This document shows positions 29,804-39,324 of a DNA stretch of 64,000 bases, piece after piece. The notes under the pieces were generated by a model, which was not told the origin of the DNA, searched no databases, and was given only the letters and a program-made list of their open reading frames with translations. How positions within the stretch are numbered: the stretch's first letter is position 1; the number at the start of each line of letters is the position of its first letter. Source of the DNA: Candidatus Latescibacterota bacterium (lineage in GTDB: Bacteria; Latescibacterota; UBA2968; GCA-2709665). The DNA lies in contig OZ242180.1 in assembly GCA_965205485.1 (NCBI GenBank), positions 4,512,001 through 4,576,000 of the forward strand, in the 5' to 3' direction. A program made the position numbers and the translations under genes.

Positions 29804-29832
29804 AATATACTCTCGATTTCCGAACTTGTCAA
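29804..29832 (-). promoter_or_regulatory. ssb promoter TTGACA-17-TATATT
   Basis: Reverse complement of 29804-29832. Confidence 0.7.
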
Positions 29833-29996
29833 TAGGGTCCCGATCTACAGACTATCCGACCATCAATTCGAGTGCCGAAACTCGCACAGGATTCATCCCG
29901 ATCCCAATGAAAGCGTGCTGAACATCTGTCGCAAGCTTCTTGTTAGAGCCGTTTCGTTTCGCAACGTCCTCCGTCAACACCATACTGATTCGTCGC

Positions 29997-30833
29997 TCAC
30001 TCCATCGATCTGAAGAAATCCCGAAACCTCACGGATTCCGATACGGTGTCGCACTCGTTGCAATGCTCCCAGTCGATCCAGATGTATTCGACGCCGAGCC
30101 AACCGCGATATCCACTTTCCCGCATCACTTCGACGACCCGCCGGTAGTCGATGACATTGTGATCGAAAGACGTCTGCAGCCGCCCCCGCCGCGCACCGCG
30201 TGCGTGGAAGTGGCTTGCGTGCTGCATAAGGGGTTCCACGTCCGAATCCGGCAGGCCGATTTTCGTGAAGTGCGTATAATCCAGCGTCAACGTCAGGCCG
30301 GGAACATCCTGGACGAGACGTTCGGCTGATTTCGGCCGCGGAACCAGGGAACCGACGTGAGCCTCAACGCCGAATACAATGCCGCATTCCTTCGCCTGCG
30401 CCACACGCCAGTTCAATTCATCGACGGCGCGGCTGAACGAGTCAGCGCGCGTCTCACCGGGGAAGTGAACGCCCGGCAGCGCGGTTACGTGCGCGCACCC
30501 GCACCCGGCGGCGTACTCCAGCGTCTTCAAATACCAGTCCCGCGCCTTCCGGCGCCGGGCGTGCTGCGGATGATTGATCGCATAGGGCACGAAATCCATC
30601 GCCGTCTGCAGAAACACATCGGCCGGCTCGAGCCCCACGTCGTCCAGTTTCTTCTTCAGCGTGCGGGCGGAACGCGGCACATTGTCGAACTCGCGCGAAG
30701 GCCACAGGTGCGACCTCTCTTCGAAGAGTCCGATATCCACGCCCTCGAAACCCAGCATGGAGACCAGTTGAAGCGCGTCTTCGTGCGGAAGCAGGGGAAA
30801 GGTAAAGTCCGAGCATGCCAGTCTCAGGTTCAC
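29997..30833 (-). CDS. Sugar phosphate isomerase/epimerase family
   Basis: GFEGVDIG, VEAH, LDYTHF, GY.GW..VEY. Confidence 0.8.
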   Translation of the reverse strand: MNLRLACSDFTFPLLPHEDALQLVSMLGFEGVDIGLFEERSHLWPSREFDNVPRSARTLKKKLDDVGLEPADVFLQTAMDFVPYAINHPQHARRRKARDWYLKTLEYAAGCGCAHVTALPGVHFPGETRADSFSRAVDELNWRVAQAKECGIVFGVEAHVGSLVPRPKSAERLVQDVPGLTLTLDYTHFTKIGLPDSDVEPLMQHASHFHARGARRGRLQTSFDHNVIDYRRVVEVMRESGYRGWLGVEYIWIDWEHCNECDTVSESVRFRDFFRSME

Positions 30834-31639
30834 GGCCCCTCCTTAAATCGTGTTGGCCCCGACGTCTCCCACTCGGCCGCGGCGATATACCCGCCATCGA
30901 CCACCAGGGACGTGCCGGTAATCCCCGCGGACGTCTCTGAGCAGAAGTAGACCGCCGCCCGTGCGACGTCCTCAGGTCTGATGACGGCCCCGGTCGGGAC
31001 GCGCCGCAGGCGCTGCGTCAGCGTGGCCTCCGGGTCAGGTGTCGTATTCAGATGGTACCTCAGCATGGGTGTATCCGTTATGCCCGGGCAGATACAGTTG
31101 CAGCGCAGTCCGTCCCGGGCGTAGTCCAGCGCGATCGAACGGCTCAATCCCAGCACGGCGTGCTTGGACGCGGTATACGCGGGCGTGCCGGCCTGACCGA
31201 TAAAGCTGCCCACCGATCCGACATTCGCCATATAGCTTCGCCGATGCTCCCGGAGGTGAGGGATGGCGTATTTGAGGGAAAGGAAAATCGACTTGAGGTT
31301 GACGTCCATCAGCCGGTCCCAATCCTCTTCGGAATATTCGTGGAGACACCCGACGTGAACGATTCCCGCACAATTGACAACGGTCTGCAACGTCCCGAAA
31401 CGCTCCACGGTCCCTTCGATCGAGCCCCTCACCTGTTCTTCCCGCGCTACGTCGCACATCACGAAGATCGCGTCCCCGCCGTGATCCACAATTCGGTCCA
31501 CCACCTGGCGACCGCGTTCTTCCTGCACGTCGGCAACGGCCACCCGGGCGCCCTCGGCGGCGAAAAGTTCGGCCGTGGCCTCGCCCATTCCGGATGCGCC
31601 CCCGCTTACCCAGGCAACCTGTCCTTCCATGCGTCCCAT
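30830..31639 (-). CDS. SDR family oxidoreductase
   Basis: SGGASGMG, NCAG, YTASK, CPG..DTPM, VDGG. Confidence 0.92.
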   Translation of the reverse strand: MGRMEGQVAWVSGGASGMGEATAELFAAEGARVAVADVQEERGRQVVDRIVDHGGDAIFVMCDVAREEQVRGSIEGTVERFGTLQTVVNCAGIVHVGCLHEYSEEDWDRLMDVNLKSIFLSLKYAIPHLREHRRSYMANVGSVGSFIGQAGTPAYTASKHAVLGLSRSIALDYARDGLRCNCICPGITDTPMLRYHLNTTPDPEATLTQRLRRVPTGAVIRPEDVARAAVYFCSETSAGITGTSLVVDGGYIAAAEWETSGPTRFKEGP

Positions 31640-31642
31640 GGG

Positions 31643-33118
31643 TCATTCCACTCTCGTGATCCGTATGACTACGTCGTGCCGAAACGCCTGCAAGACCACC
31701 CGGCGCGATTCACCCCCGCCAAGAGGGACACGTGGAGAATAAACGCCGCCTGAAGGAGAAAAACAGGACATCTCGAACGCTCCGGGCGGCAGGTCGAAGC
31801 AAAGCCTTCCCGCGATTGGATCGCCGCACCCGGCCTCCTCCCGTTCGCGGGCGTCGGCCAGATAGATGCAATAGTCTTCGCCCGCAACCGCGAACACCGA
31901 TTCCAGCGTATGTTCGGGGCGTTCCTGAAGCCAACCCGGCATGACCGGGCGCGCCCTGACCAGATCGATCGAATGGACAAACGCGGACAGATTGCCCATC
32001 CACCGCCGAATCCCGTTGCGCGATTCGGGCGTTCCCGCCTCGAGGTACGGCACGATCGAGAAGTCGATCATATCATAATGGGCGCCGGAAAACAGCGCAG
32101 TCCAGGCGCGCTTGCGGTGCACGGTCCATCCTTCCTCTTCCTTGTACTGGGTTGCGATATTGTCTTCGTCGTGATTCAGCGGTTTCGAACGTCCGTAGGT
32201 GGCGAGGGTAAAATCACGCAGCGGCCGCAATTTGAGCTGCTTGGACATGAAGTCGCCGAGATCATAACTGCGACCGTCGCACAGGGTATTTGGCAGCGGG
32301 TGAATATTCACCACGTCGAAATCCATTGACTCGAACGACCCGTCGGAGGGCTGATCGAACGGCCTGATCGTCATCGCTTCCTGTCCGGCGATCAGGTGCC
32401 GGTTCGGCATCCCGCTTTCAATCTCGCGGATCTGCGCGATGAACTGCGACTGCCAGCCGTTCACCTCCTCCGATCCGGGCAGACCTTCCGTATCGGGGAA
32501 ATAACACGGTTCGTTGCAGATCTCGTAGATCACGTTCCCGTACCGGTTGGTTTCCTCCACGATACGCCGTACGTGCGCGCGCTGCCAGTCCAGCAGGTCC
32601 TTCCGGCGGCAGGTCATATACTCCTGCCAGGGTACCGGCGGATCCGGGGTTTCCATTGTCTTGTTATTGGCCGGATTCAACGGATTGAGCGCCCAGACCT
32701 CGTCTTTGTAGGTGTTGCTGAAGAGCACCACCTCAACGACGATGCCGTACGACTCCGCGAGAGAAAGGAACGCGTGCAACCGGTCGAAATACTCGGCATT
32801 CCAGCGCGAAAGATCGTACCGCGGCTGACCGTCCAGCGCGTTTCCCGGCCCTGTCCGTTCGAAGGGCGCGATGAAATCCGGTGATTCGGGCTTGCAGGTC
32901 GAGTACGGGTTGACAGGCGTCTGCAGCTCTCTGAACAGCGTAAACAGCCGGGTCAGCGTCTGCCCCCGTTCAACCGCGTCCTTCAGATACCGTTCGAACC
33001 GAAACGGCCGGTTGATCACCGCCCCGTAGTGTTCGGTCGCACAGAGCAGTACGAGCGGGTGCCCCCGATAGTCGAAGATCTTTCTGTTTTCCGGATGAAT
33101 CCTGATTACGTCAGCCAC
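31643..33118 (-). CDS. Glycoside hydrolase GH5-like/DUF4038-like protein with C-terminal beta-sandwich
   Basis: YFDRLH.F...A..GI.VEV.LF, YEICNEP acid/base motif; GTG start at 33118. Confidence 0.6.
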   Translation of the reverse strand: MADVIRIHPENRKIFDYRGHPLVLLCATEHYGAVINRPFRFERYLKDAVERGQTLTRLFTLFRELQTPVNPYSTCKPESPDFIAPFERTGPGNALDGQPRYDLSRWNAEYFDRLHAFLSLAESYGIVVEVVLFSNTYKDEVWALNPLNPANNKTMETPDPPVPWQEYMTCRRKDLLDWQRAHVRRIVEETNRYGNVIYEICNEPCYFPDTEGLPGSEEVNGWQSQFIAQIREIESGMPNRHLIAGQEAMTIRPFDQPSDGSFESMDFDVVNIHPLPNTLCDGRSYDLGDFMSKQLKLRPLRDFTLATYGRSKPLNHDEDNIATQYKEEEGWTVHRKRAWTALFSGAHYDMIDFSIVPYLEAGTPESRNGIRRWMGNLSAFVHSIDLVRARPVMPGWLQERPEHTLESVFAVAGEDYCIYLADAREREEAGCGDPIAGRLCFDLPPGAFEMSCFSPSGGVYSPRVPLGGGESRRVVLQAFRHDVVIRITRVE

Positions 33119-33155
33119 GCGCCACCCCCGTTTCCGGCATGGGCTTTCGGTTTCA

Positions 33156-34238
33156 TCAAGCCGTGCGGTTGCCCTGCAGGCCTGGAGTCCGTCCGCATTG
33201 GAGCCGCGACCACTTCTCCTGAAATCCCCTTCGTTGGAAAACTTCCGGATTGACCACGCCCCGGGGGCGGGTCCCGAGCGACAGGTCCACCATACTCCGG
33301 CAGGCCGAAAGTCCGATGTCACGAAACAGTTCGTCCGTCCAGGCCACCGAATGCGGCGCAAGCAGAACATTGTCGAACCTGCCGAACCGCTGCGGCTCCG
33401 TTACGGGTTCCACGGCGAAACAATCCAGCGCCGCGCCGGCTATTTCGCCCGTCTCGAGGGCGTCGTACAGTGCATCCTCATCCACGATTCCACCCCTGGC
33501 CGTATTGATCAGATAGGCGCCCCGTTTCATCGCGGACAGTTCCGGCCGGCCGATCAGCCCCTCCGTCTCCCGGGTCAGCGGACAATGGATGGACACGAAA
33601 TCCGACGCCGCCATCAGCTCCTCAAGCGACACCAGGGCCACTCCCAGCTTACCGGCCACGGCAGGATCGACGTACGGGTCGAATGCAAGGGGCCGATTCA
33701 TCCCGAACGAACCCAGCAGCCGAACCGTCTCCCGCGCGATTCCGCCCAGCCCCACAGCCCCGAACGTACGGTCTCTCAACTCGCTACCCATGAATCGGGT
33801 CCGTGCATCCCACGCCCCGGTACGCACCAGGCGGTCTTTGACGCGCATATGGTGCGTCAGCCCAATCATCCAGCCCACCGTCGCCTCGGCGACGGAACGG
33901 TCGACCGCACCGGCCGTGATGAATACGACGACGTCGGCCTCAGTACAGGCGCCGACGTCAACCGAGTCGTACCCCACTCCGAAGCGCCCGATGGCCAGCA
34001 GGTCTTCCGACTCCGAGACGGTCTCGGCAGTCACCGAGGGCGTCAGTACGACCACGCCCTGTACGTCCGCCACCTGCTCAGCGCCGATCTCCGGACGATG
34101 CGCCCCGAATATCGACGTTTGAATATGGTCATGGCTGTCAAATAACGCCAGGCCCATATCCCTGAACTTGCACGTCCCCTCCGAATCGTAAAAGTCGGCG
34201 GTCAGCGCCACGCGGAAGACCTTGCCGTCAGAGGACAT
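33156..34238 (-). CDS. D-isomer specific 2-hydroxyacid dehydrogenase
   Basis: R.GVGYD, GLGGIA, SIHCPLT.ET, INTARG, LDCF..EP, PH. Confidence 0.9.
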   Translation of the reverse strand: MSSDGKVFRVALTADFYDSEGTCKFRDMGLALFDSHDHIQTSIFGAHRPEIGAEQVADVQGVVVLTPSVTAETVSESEDLLAIGRFGVGYDSVDVGACTEADVVVFITAGAVDRSVAEATVGWMIGLTHHMRVKDRLVRTGAWDARTRFMGSELRDRTFGAVGLGGIARETVRLLGSFGMNRPLAFDPYVDPAVAGKLGVALVSLEELMAASDFVSIHCPLTRETEGLIGRPELSAMKRGAYLINTARGGIVDEDALYDALETGEIAGAALDCFAVEPVTEPQRFGRFDNVLLAPHSVAWTDELFRDIGLSACRSMVDLSLGTRPRGVVNPEVFQRRGFQEKWSRLQCGRTPGLQGNRTA

Positions 34239-34265
34239 AATTGAAGCCTTCTCAAGCGAGGTCAA

Positions 34266-35687
34266 TCACATCCGCCCCAACTCCCAGATCACACACGCCA
34301 CGGCAAATGCGATATAGACGACCGATGCGACCGACATCATTCCGGTGCACAGCCATCCCGGACGGGCGGCCGCGGGCAGATGACGATGATTGATATAGAG
34401 CGTCAGGGGGGTATACAGCGCCATGGCGAACCCGCCAATATACGCCGCGTTGAACAGGAAGCCCAGTTCACTCACGCCACGGGCTTCCATCACATAGGTG
34501 ATCACACACCCGGCCACAATCCACGTCGCCGCAACGACCAGGTACCACCAGCTGAGATCCCGCTTTCGCGCCACTGTGAAGTTGGTGTAGATGATGTCGG
34601 CGATGGATCGGGACACCCCGTCGACCAGAGCAAGCTGCGTGCTGAACAGCGTGGCCAGGCCCACAATCAGAAAGACATACCTGCCCGTCTCGCCCCAGAC
34701 CGTTGCCAGAACCGCTGCTTCGTCCCAGATCAGCGTGCCCTTCGCAGGGACGATACCATTGGGGTGCAATACCGCAAGTGCGCCGAATATGAAAAGCAGA
34801 ATGGTTACGGAATTCAGCGCCCAGAAAAACAGCATCTGATCCTTCTTCACATAGTTGAACCAGCTCCTGAAACGGCGGATATCCTCTTCCGTCTCCTCAA
34901 ACCGGAATCCCGTAGAGGGCATCGCCTCGGTGCGGCCTCGAAGCGGATTCCGCATCCGGGGCAGATGCGCGCCCATCCCCACATGCTTGTCGCGCAGGTA
35001 GAACGTGTAGAAGAGATTGGCCGTACCTCCGGCGCCTGCGAATACAAGCGCGATGAACATCGCCTTGACGCTCATTCCCGGATCGATGTAACCGACATTG
35101 GCAATCCCTCTGCCGAGCGATGCCCATGTTTCCGCCGAACCGACGGCGTACGCGACCGCGATCAGTCCGACAGTGACCACCACAACGAGCAATTCGATAC
35201 TCCGCTCGACGGACTGGTAGATCAACTTCGGACCGAAGAGAATCAGGGCCACGCCCGCGAAGGTAATGATCGTCCAGAACGTATCCGAGCCCCAGCCATG
35301 CGGCCCGGCCAGCAGCGCCTTCAGGGCCAGCCCGGATGCCCGCCCCCACCCCGGTGCGATCCAGCTGAATATCGTCAACAGAACGAATATGGGCGCAAAT
35401 CCGCGCCATACCCGGCTGTATCCCGTATAAACCGTTTCACCGGTGGCAATCGTCCACCGTCCCACTTCGAAGTTGATCCAGAGTTGCAGGAAGATGCCGA
35501 CGCAGGCCGCCCAAACCATACTGGCGCCGTATTCGGCAACGATCCGCGGCCAGATGACGATCTCGCCCGCACCGATGGAAAGTCCCACCAGGACCGCGCC
35601 CGGACCGGCCAGCTTCCAGAAGGACGCCTTTCGCTCCGGCATCTTTCTGATTTCGTGGTTTTTCAGCGGCTCAAAGAATCTCGCCAT
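34266..35687 (-). CDS. Nramp-related (APC superfamily) transporter
   Basis: GPG.......IG.GE...WP, E..R.T..TGE motifs; about 11 TM segments. Confidence 0.75.
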   Translation of the reverse strand: MARFFEPLKNHEIRKMPERKASFWKLAGPGAVLVGLSIGAGEIVIWPRIVAEYGASMVWAACVGIFLQLWINFEVGRWTIATGETVYTGYSRVWRGFAPIFVLLTIFSWIAPGWGRASGLALKALLAGPHGWGSDTFWTIITFAGVALILFGPKLIYQSVERSIELLVVVVTVGLIAVAYAVGSAETWASLGRGIANVGYIDPGMSVKAMFIALVFAGAGGTANLFYTFYLRDKHVGMGAHLPRMRNPLRGRTEAMPSTGFRFEETEEDIRRFRSWFNYVKKDQMLFFWALNSVTILLFIFGALAVLHPNGIVPAKGTLIWDEAAVLATVWGETGRYVFLIVGLATLFSTQLALVDGVSRSIADIIYTNFTVARKRDLSWWYLVVAATWIVAGCVITYVMEARGVSELGFLFNAAYIGGFAMALYTPLTLYINHRHLPAAARPGWLCTGMMSVASVVYIAFAVACVIWELGRM

Positions 35688-35746
35688 ATTCTGTCTCCTT
35701 GCGGGCTCGGCATTGTCGATATGTCCGCCTCGAAGGTTGTACCGAC

Positions 35747-35780
35747 AAAAAAAAGGCTCGGAGAATTGTCCGGCCCTTTT
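35747..35780 (-). terminator. Putative intrinsic terminator
   Basis: A8 run next to an imperfect GC hairpin, downstream of the - strand lipoprotein gene. Confidence 0.45.
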
Positions 35781-35827
35781 CGTGTCGGCGCCTGCCAGCG
35801 ACAGGGTTTCAGTTCGCCGCCCGCGCG

Positions 35828-36346
35828 TTACCGCACCCGCTTCCATCTGTCCACAAATACGTCCGGGAAAGACGCCACCATCTGATCGCCGCGGAACTCC
35901 TCGCTGTACCCCCGTTCGTGCGTGATGCGAATCATCCCGTCTTCCAGCGTAATCTTACCCTTTTCGACCTTCGCCTTATGATAGATCGTAATCGGCGCGT
36001 CGAATGACGAGCGGTAGCCCTGCCGGATGAGCAGATATCTGGAACGCGTGATGGCGGAGGTCGAGATCTCGTATTTGCTTGCGGCAAAATCGAACGTCCT
36101 GGGTTTTTCGCCGCCCGAGTCCACCAGCATATTCAGCGTCACGTGGGCTTTTCTTGAATCGATCGGTTGCCACGAAAATACTCCCGAAATCTCGGGTTTT
36201 CGAAGTACCGTACCGTCGGGCAGGGTTCGTGACTCGAGCTCCCACTTGCCTGCAAGCTGCTCCTGCATGTGCGCCAGGCGGTCACTGCAGCCAAGTGTTA
36301 TCACCGCGCACACCGTCAATACCGCGAACATCATTCGGCGATTCAT
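35828..36346 (-). CDS. Hypothetical lipoprotein (lipocalin-like)
   Basis: Signal with TLGC lipobox, GKW motif; GGAG RBS before ATG 36346. Confidence 0.6.
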   Translation of the reverse strand: MNRRMMFAVLTVCAVITLGCSDRLAHMQEQLAGKWELESRTLPDGTVLRKPEISGVFSWQPIDSRKAHVTLNMLVDSGGEKPRTFDFAASKYEISTSAITRSRYLLIRQGYRSSFDAPITIYHKAKVEKGKITLEDGMIRITHERGYSEEFRGDQMVASFPDVFVDRWKRVR

Positions 36347-36360
36347 TCGTGTCTCCATAA

Positions 36361-36425
36361 CAGCCCGTCGAAAAAGCCCATCCGGGCTACGGCCGGCCCT
36401 TGCGGTCGAAAACCTGCGACGCGCG
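36361..36425. mobile_element. MITE family B, truncated copy
   Basis: CAGCCCGTCGAAAAAGCCCATCCGGGCTACGGCCGGCCCTTGCGGTCGAA matches one end of the 45148 and 58712 elements. Confidence 0.65.
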
Positions 36426-36521
36426 AAACAGTATATTTCCCGGGATTCGCGCTGTCAAGAAAAAAAGCCCCGATCGTGTGTTGCTCTCGAGGCTCTGGAT
36501 GCAGAATTGGCGATATGTCGG

Positions 36522-36797
36522 CTAGTTGACAGCGTCTTTAAGCGCCTTGCCAGCTTTGAAACGAACGGTCTTACCCGCGGAAATCTGAATTGACTCACCC
36601 GTCTGAGGATTTCGACCGGTACGTGCGGCTCTCGTTCCGACCGAAAACGTCCCGAACCCGGATATGGCGACGCGATCACCGCTTTTGAGCGAATCGGCGA
36701 TTTCGTTCAGAACGACCCGCAGTGCGGCTTCGGCATTCCTTTTTGACAGACCGGCCTGATTTGCGATGGCATCGACTAGATCGGTCCTGTTCGACAT
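36522..36797 (-). CDS. hup: HU family DNA-binding protein
   Basis: GFGTF, R.AR.GRNPQTGE, F.AGK.LK.AVN. Confidence 0.95.
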   Translation of the reverse strand: MSNRTDLVDAIANQAGLSKRNAEAALRVVLNEIADSLKSGDRVAISGFGTFSVGTRAARTGRNPQTGESIQISAGKTVRFKAGKALKDAVN

Positions 36798-37003
36798 GGC
36801 AATTCACCCCCTTTCTGGAATTTGCCCTGAATATAGGGCCGATTGTGGGATTTTGTCAAGTGCGCCGATCCAGAATGACGCAAAAAGACGGTTCTGCTGT
36901 CGAATTATCGGTCAAATTGCCGCAACGAGACGTGTTGCAACCGGGTTCCTGTCAAGGTTTTCCGCATCTGCACCGCATCCGGCCAACGCCAGGCGCAAGC
37001 AAT

Positions 37004-37040
37004 AAAAAACGGGCGGAGATCAACTTTCGTCTCCGCCCCC
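37004..37040 (-). terminator. Intrinsic terminator after sigma factor gene
   Basis: GGGCGGAGA/TCTCCGCCC stem with A6 run on the + strand. Confidence 0.7.
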
Positions 37041-37121
37041 TGGATTTCACCATTCGAGTCTGCACGATTCCGCGGCCGGTGGAGGAAAAACAGGCACCCG
37101 GACAAACGGCCTTCAGGGTCC

Positions 37122-37973
37122 TTACGCCGACTCCATCAGCGGCTCGAGTTGCAGCCGGCGGCGCGGATGCCGCAGTCGCCGGAGGGCCTTTTCCTTGATC
37201 TGCCGGACCCGTTCCCGCGTAAGACTGAACCTGGTGCCGATTTCTTCCAGCGTCATCGCTTCTTCGTCGCCCAACCCGAAATAAAGCCGCAATACTTCCG
37301 CTTCCCGGGCGTCGAGCGTTTCAAGGACCATCTTCACCTGGTCCTTGACCGACTCGTCGACCACTTCGAGGTCCGGCGCCTTCTGAGAACTATCCGGCAG
37401 GATATGCAGAAGGCTGTGGTCGTCGTCGTCTTTGAAAGACGCATCGAGCGACCAGACGTCGCGCGCTCTGAGAAGCGTATCCTGTACCATGTCCACGGAA
37501 ACGCCGAGTTTTTCGGCAATCGTCTCCGGATCGGGGTCGGCCTCCTCGGTCTGTCGAATCTCCCGCGAAACCTTGGCGATATTGTGCAACAGATCGATGC
37601 GGTTGATGGGCAGCCTTACCACGCGCGAATCCTGCGCCAGGCTTTGATGTATGGCCTGACGTATCCACCAGACCGCGTAGGATATGAATTTGAATCCCCG
37701 CGTACCGTCAAATCGTTCGGCGGCCGTCATCAGACCCATGTTTCCAGCACTGATGAGGTCGGCCAACGGCACCCCGTGGTTCTGGTATTCCCTGGCAACG
37801 CTGACCACGAATCGGAGATTCGAAGCAACCAGCCTGTCTCTGGCCTTCTGGTCTCCCTTTCGTATCCGGTGCGCGAGTGCGATCTCGGTCTCTGCGGAAA
37901 GCGGTTCCGAAGAAGCAATGTCCCTCAGGTAGAGATCAAGAGACTCGCTGTCCTGAATCATTATTCCAGCCAC
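37122..37973 (-). CDS. RNA polymerase sigma70 factor, RpoD/SigA-RpoS family lacking region 1.1
   Basis: SLDLYL, NLRFVVSVA, GFKFISYAVWWIRQ, TLEEIG..F.LTRERVRQI. Confidence 0.93.
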   Translation of the reverse strand: MAGIMIQDSESLDLYLRDIASSEPLSAETEIALAHRIRKGDQKARDRLVASNLRFVVSVAREYQNHGVPLADLISAGNMGLMTAAERFDGTRGFKFISYAVWWIRQAIHQSLAQDSRVVRLPINRIDLLHNIAKVSREIRQTEEADPDPETIAEKLGVSVDMVQDTLLRARDVWSLDASFKDDDDHSLLHILPDSSQKAPDLEVVDESVKDQVKMVLETLDAREAEVLRLYFGLGDEEAMTLEEIGTRFSLTRERVRQIKEKALRRLRHPRRRLQLEPLMESA

Positions 37974-38016
37974 GTTTCCAACCTCCGGAAAATCAGTGTG
38001 CGTTTCGCGAGTCTAA

Positions 38017-38178
38017 GAAGCTGTTTTAAAATTACCGGTGAGTTCCCGAGCGCGAACGAAAAAGTGGCGGTCAAGGCGGGCAAATTCGCCCATATTTGTC
38101 TATACGGGCGGATTTGACCAACGCCGACCGGCGCTTTTGCAGCCGCGCGAAGACCGCTGGGAATTTTAAGACAGCTTC
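38017..38178. mobile_element. MITE family A copy 3 (short form)
   Basis: TIRs GAAGCTGTTTTAAAATT / AATTTTAAGACAGCTTC; flanks TAA/TAG. Confidence 0.8.
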
Positions 38179-38759
38179 TAGGTCGCCGGGACGTGCTCCA
38201 TGCACGCCTCCGGCAGAGCCCCGTGCAGACGCATCTGCCGCAGCAAGAGTCTATTCATCTCCGCTGCGGTGCGGGACTCCAGAAAAGTCTCGGTGAAATC
38301 CTCGTGGAAGAGACGGCATAAATAGCCGAGAAGCGGCAGGTATCTTATGTCGCCCTCCGAGGGCACGGCAACGAGGCAAATCAGCTGAACCGGCTCAGGA
38401 TGCGTATCCGAGTGAAAGTCCACACCGTGATTTGAAATGCCCAGCGCCATACCGAGGTGCCTGGCAGAACCACAACGTGCGTGGGGAAACGCAATCCCGT
38501 TTCCGACTGCGGTGCTTTCGAGGTCTTCCCTGTCCAGAACCGATTGCAGAAACCGCAGACTGTCCGTCACGTAACCCGAGCCGTGCAAACGGTCCACGAG
38601 GGCTTTGATTGCGCCCATCCGATCCCGGGGTTCCAGGTTCCGGACCATCGTCGCGGGGTGGAAACCGACCACTCCGCTCAGGTCCGTTTCCCATTCACTG
38701 CTGTAGTGGAACTTTGACAGCGCCATATCTGTAACCGGGAATTCCGGGATTCTGCTCAT
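38178..38759 (-). CDS. PTS EIIA domain protein (Ntr/fructose type)
   Basis: RE...STAVGNGIAFPHAR with the phosphoacceptor His. Confidence 0.85.
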   Translation of the reverse strand: MSRIPEFPVTDMALSKFHYSSEWETDLSGVVGFHPATMVRNLEPRDRMGAIKALVDRLHGSGYVTDSLRFLQSVLDREDLESTAVGNGIAFPHARCGSARHLGMALGISNHGVDFHSDTHPEPVQLICLVAVPSEGDIRYLPLLGYLCRLFHEDFTETFLESRTAAEMNRLLLRQMRLHGALPEACMEHVPAT

Positions 38760-38956
38760 TCCGGGTACGCGTTCGGTTTGACGCGTGCGGATTTCCCGGA
38801 ATCAGTCAACTGTTAATGTGCAATTATTGCAGCAGGCGAGCGATGAACGCACGTTGCCAGATTGGCATCCTGCCATTGAATGACGCTGAAAAACAGCGCC
38901 ACACGACGATTTTCAGACGTATCAGCGAATCCGATAGAACTGTCTCCCTATTTATA

Positions 38957-38973
38957 AGCAACTTTAATGCCAA
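38957..38973 (-). promoter_or_regulatory. sigma54 (-24/-12) promoter TTGGCATTAAAGTTGCT
   Basis: GG-N10-GC with TGGCA and TTGCT elements, oriented toward EIIA/sigma genes. Confidence 0.8.
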
Positions 38974-39070
38974 CTTTCGCCAGTATTGTACAGGTGCTTA
39001 TTATAAATAAACTTACGCCCGACGATCCCTGTCGCCGGGCGTAAAATATCCATCCCCGTGTCCCTGCTGG

Positions 39071-39115
39071 CGCAATATTTGCACTCGATCCCGCGCAAAT
39101 TGCGCAAAAATTGCA
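39071..39115. promoter_or_regulatory. Tandem candidate bEBP upstream activator sites CGCAA-N3-TTGCA
   Basis: Copies at 39071-83 and 39103-15 (centres 32 bp apart); third copy at 38819-31. Confidence 0.6.
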
Positions 39116-39163
39116 GCCCGGAGCCATTCGGGGCTCCGAACACGCCAATGGTGCCGATACTCA

Positions 39164-39324
39164 GAAGTTGTTTTAAAATTCCCGGTGAGTCCCGAGCGCG
39201 AGCGAAAATGGGTCGGTCAAGGCGGGCAAATTCGCCCATATTTGGCTATACGGGTGGATTTGCCCAACGTAGACCGACGCTTTTGCAGCCGCGCGAAGAC
39301 CGCTGGGGTTTTTAAGACAGCTTC
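39164..39324. mobile_element. MITE family A copy 4 (short form)
   Basis: TIRs GAAGTTGTTTTAAAA / TTTTAAGACAGCTTC; perfect TCA duplication (39161-3, 39325-7). Confidence 0.85.

Noticed and set aside
38802..38876. 24-codon Cys-rich ORF (MAGCQSGNVRSSLACCNNCTLTVD) in the sigma54 leader
   Set aside because: No clear RBS, and the Cys codons coincide with the TGCAA-N3-TTGCA DNA palindrome
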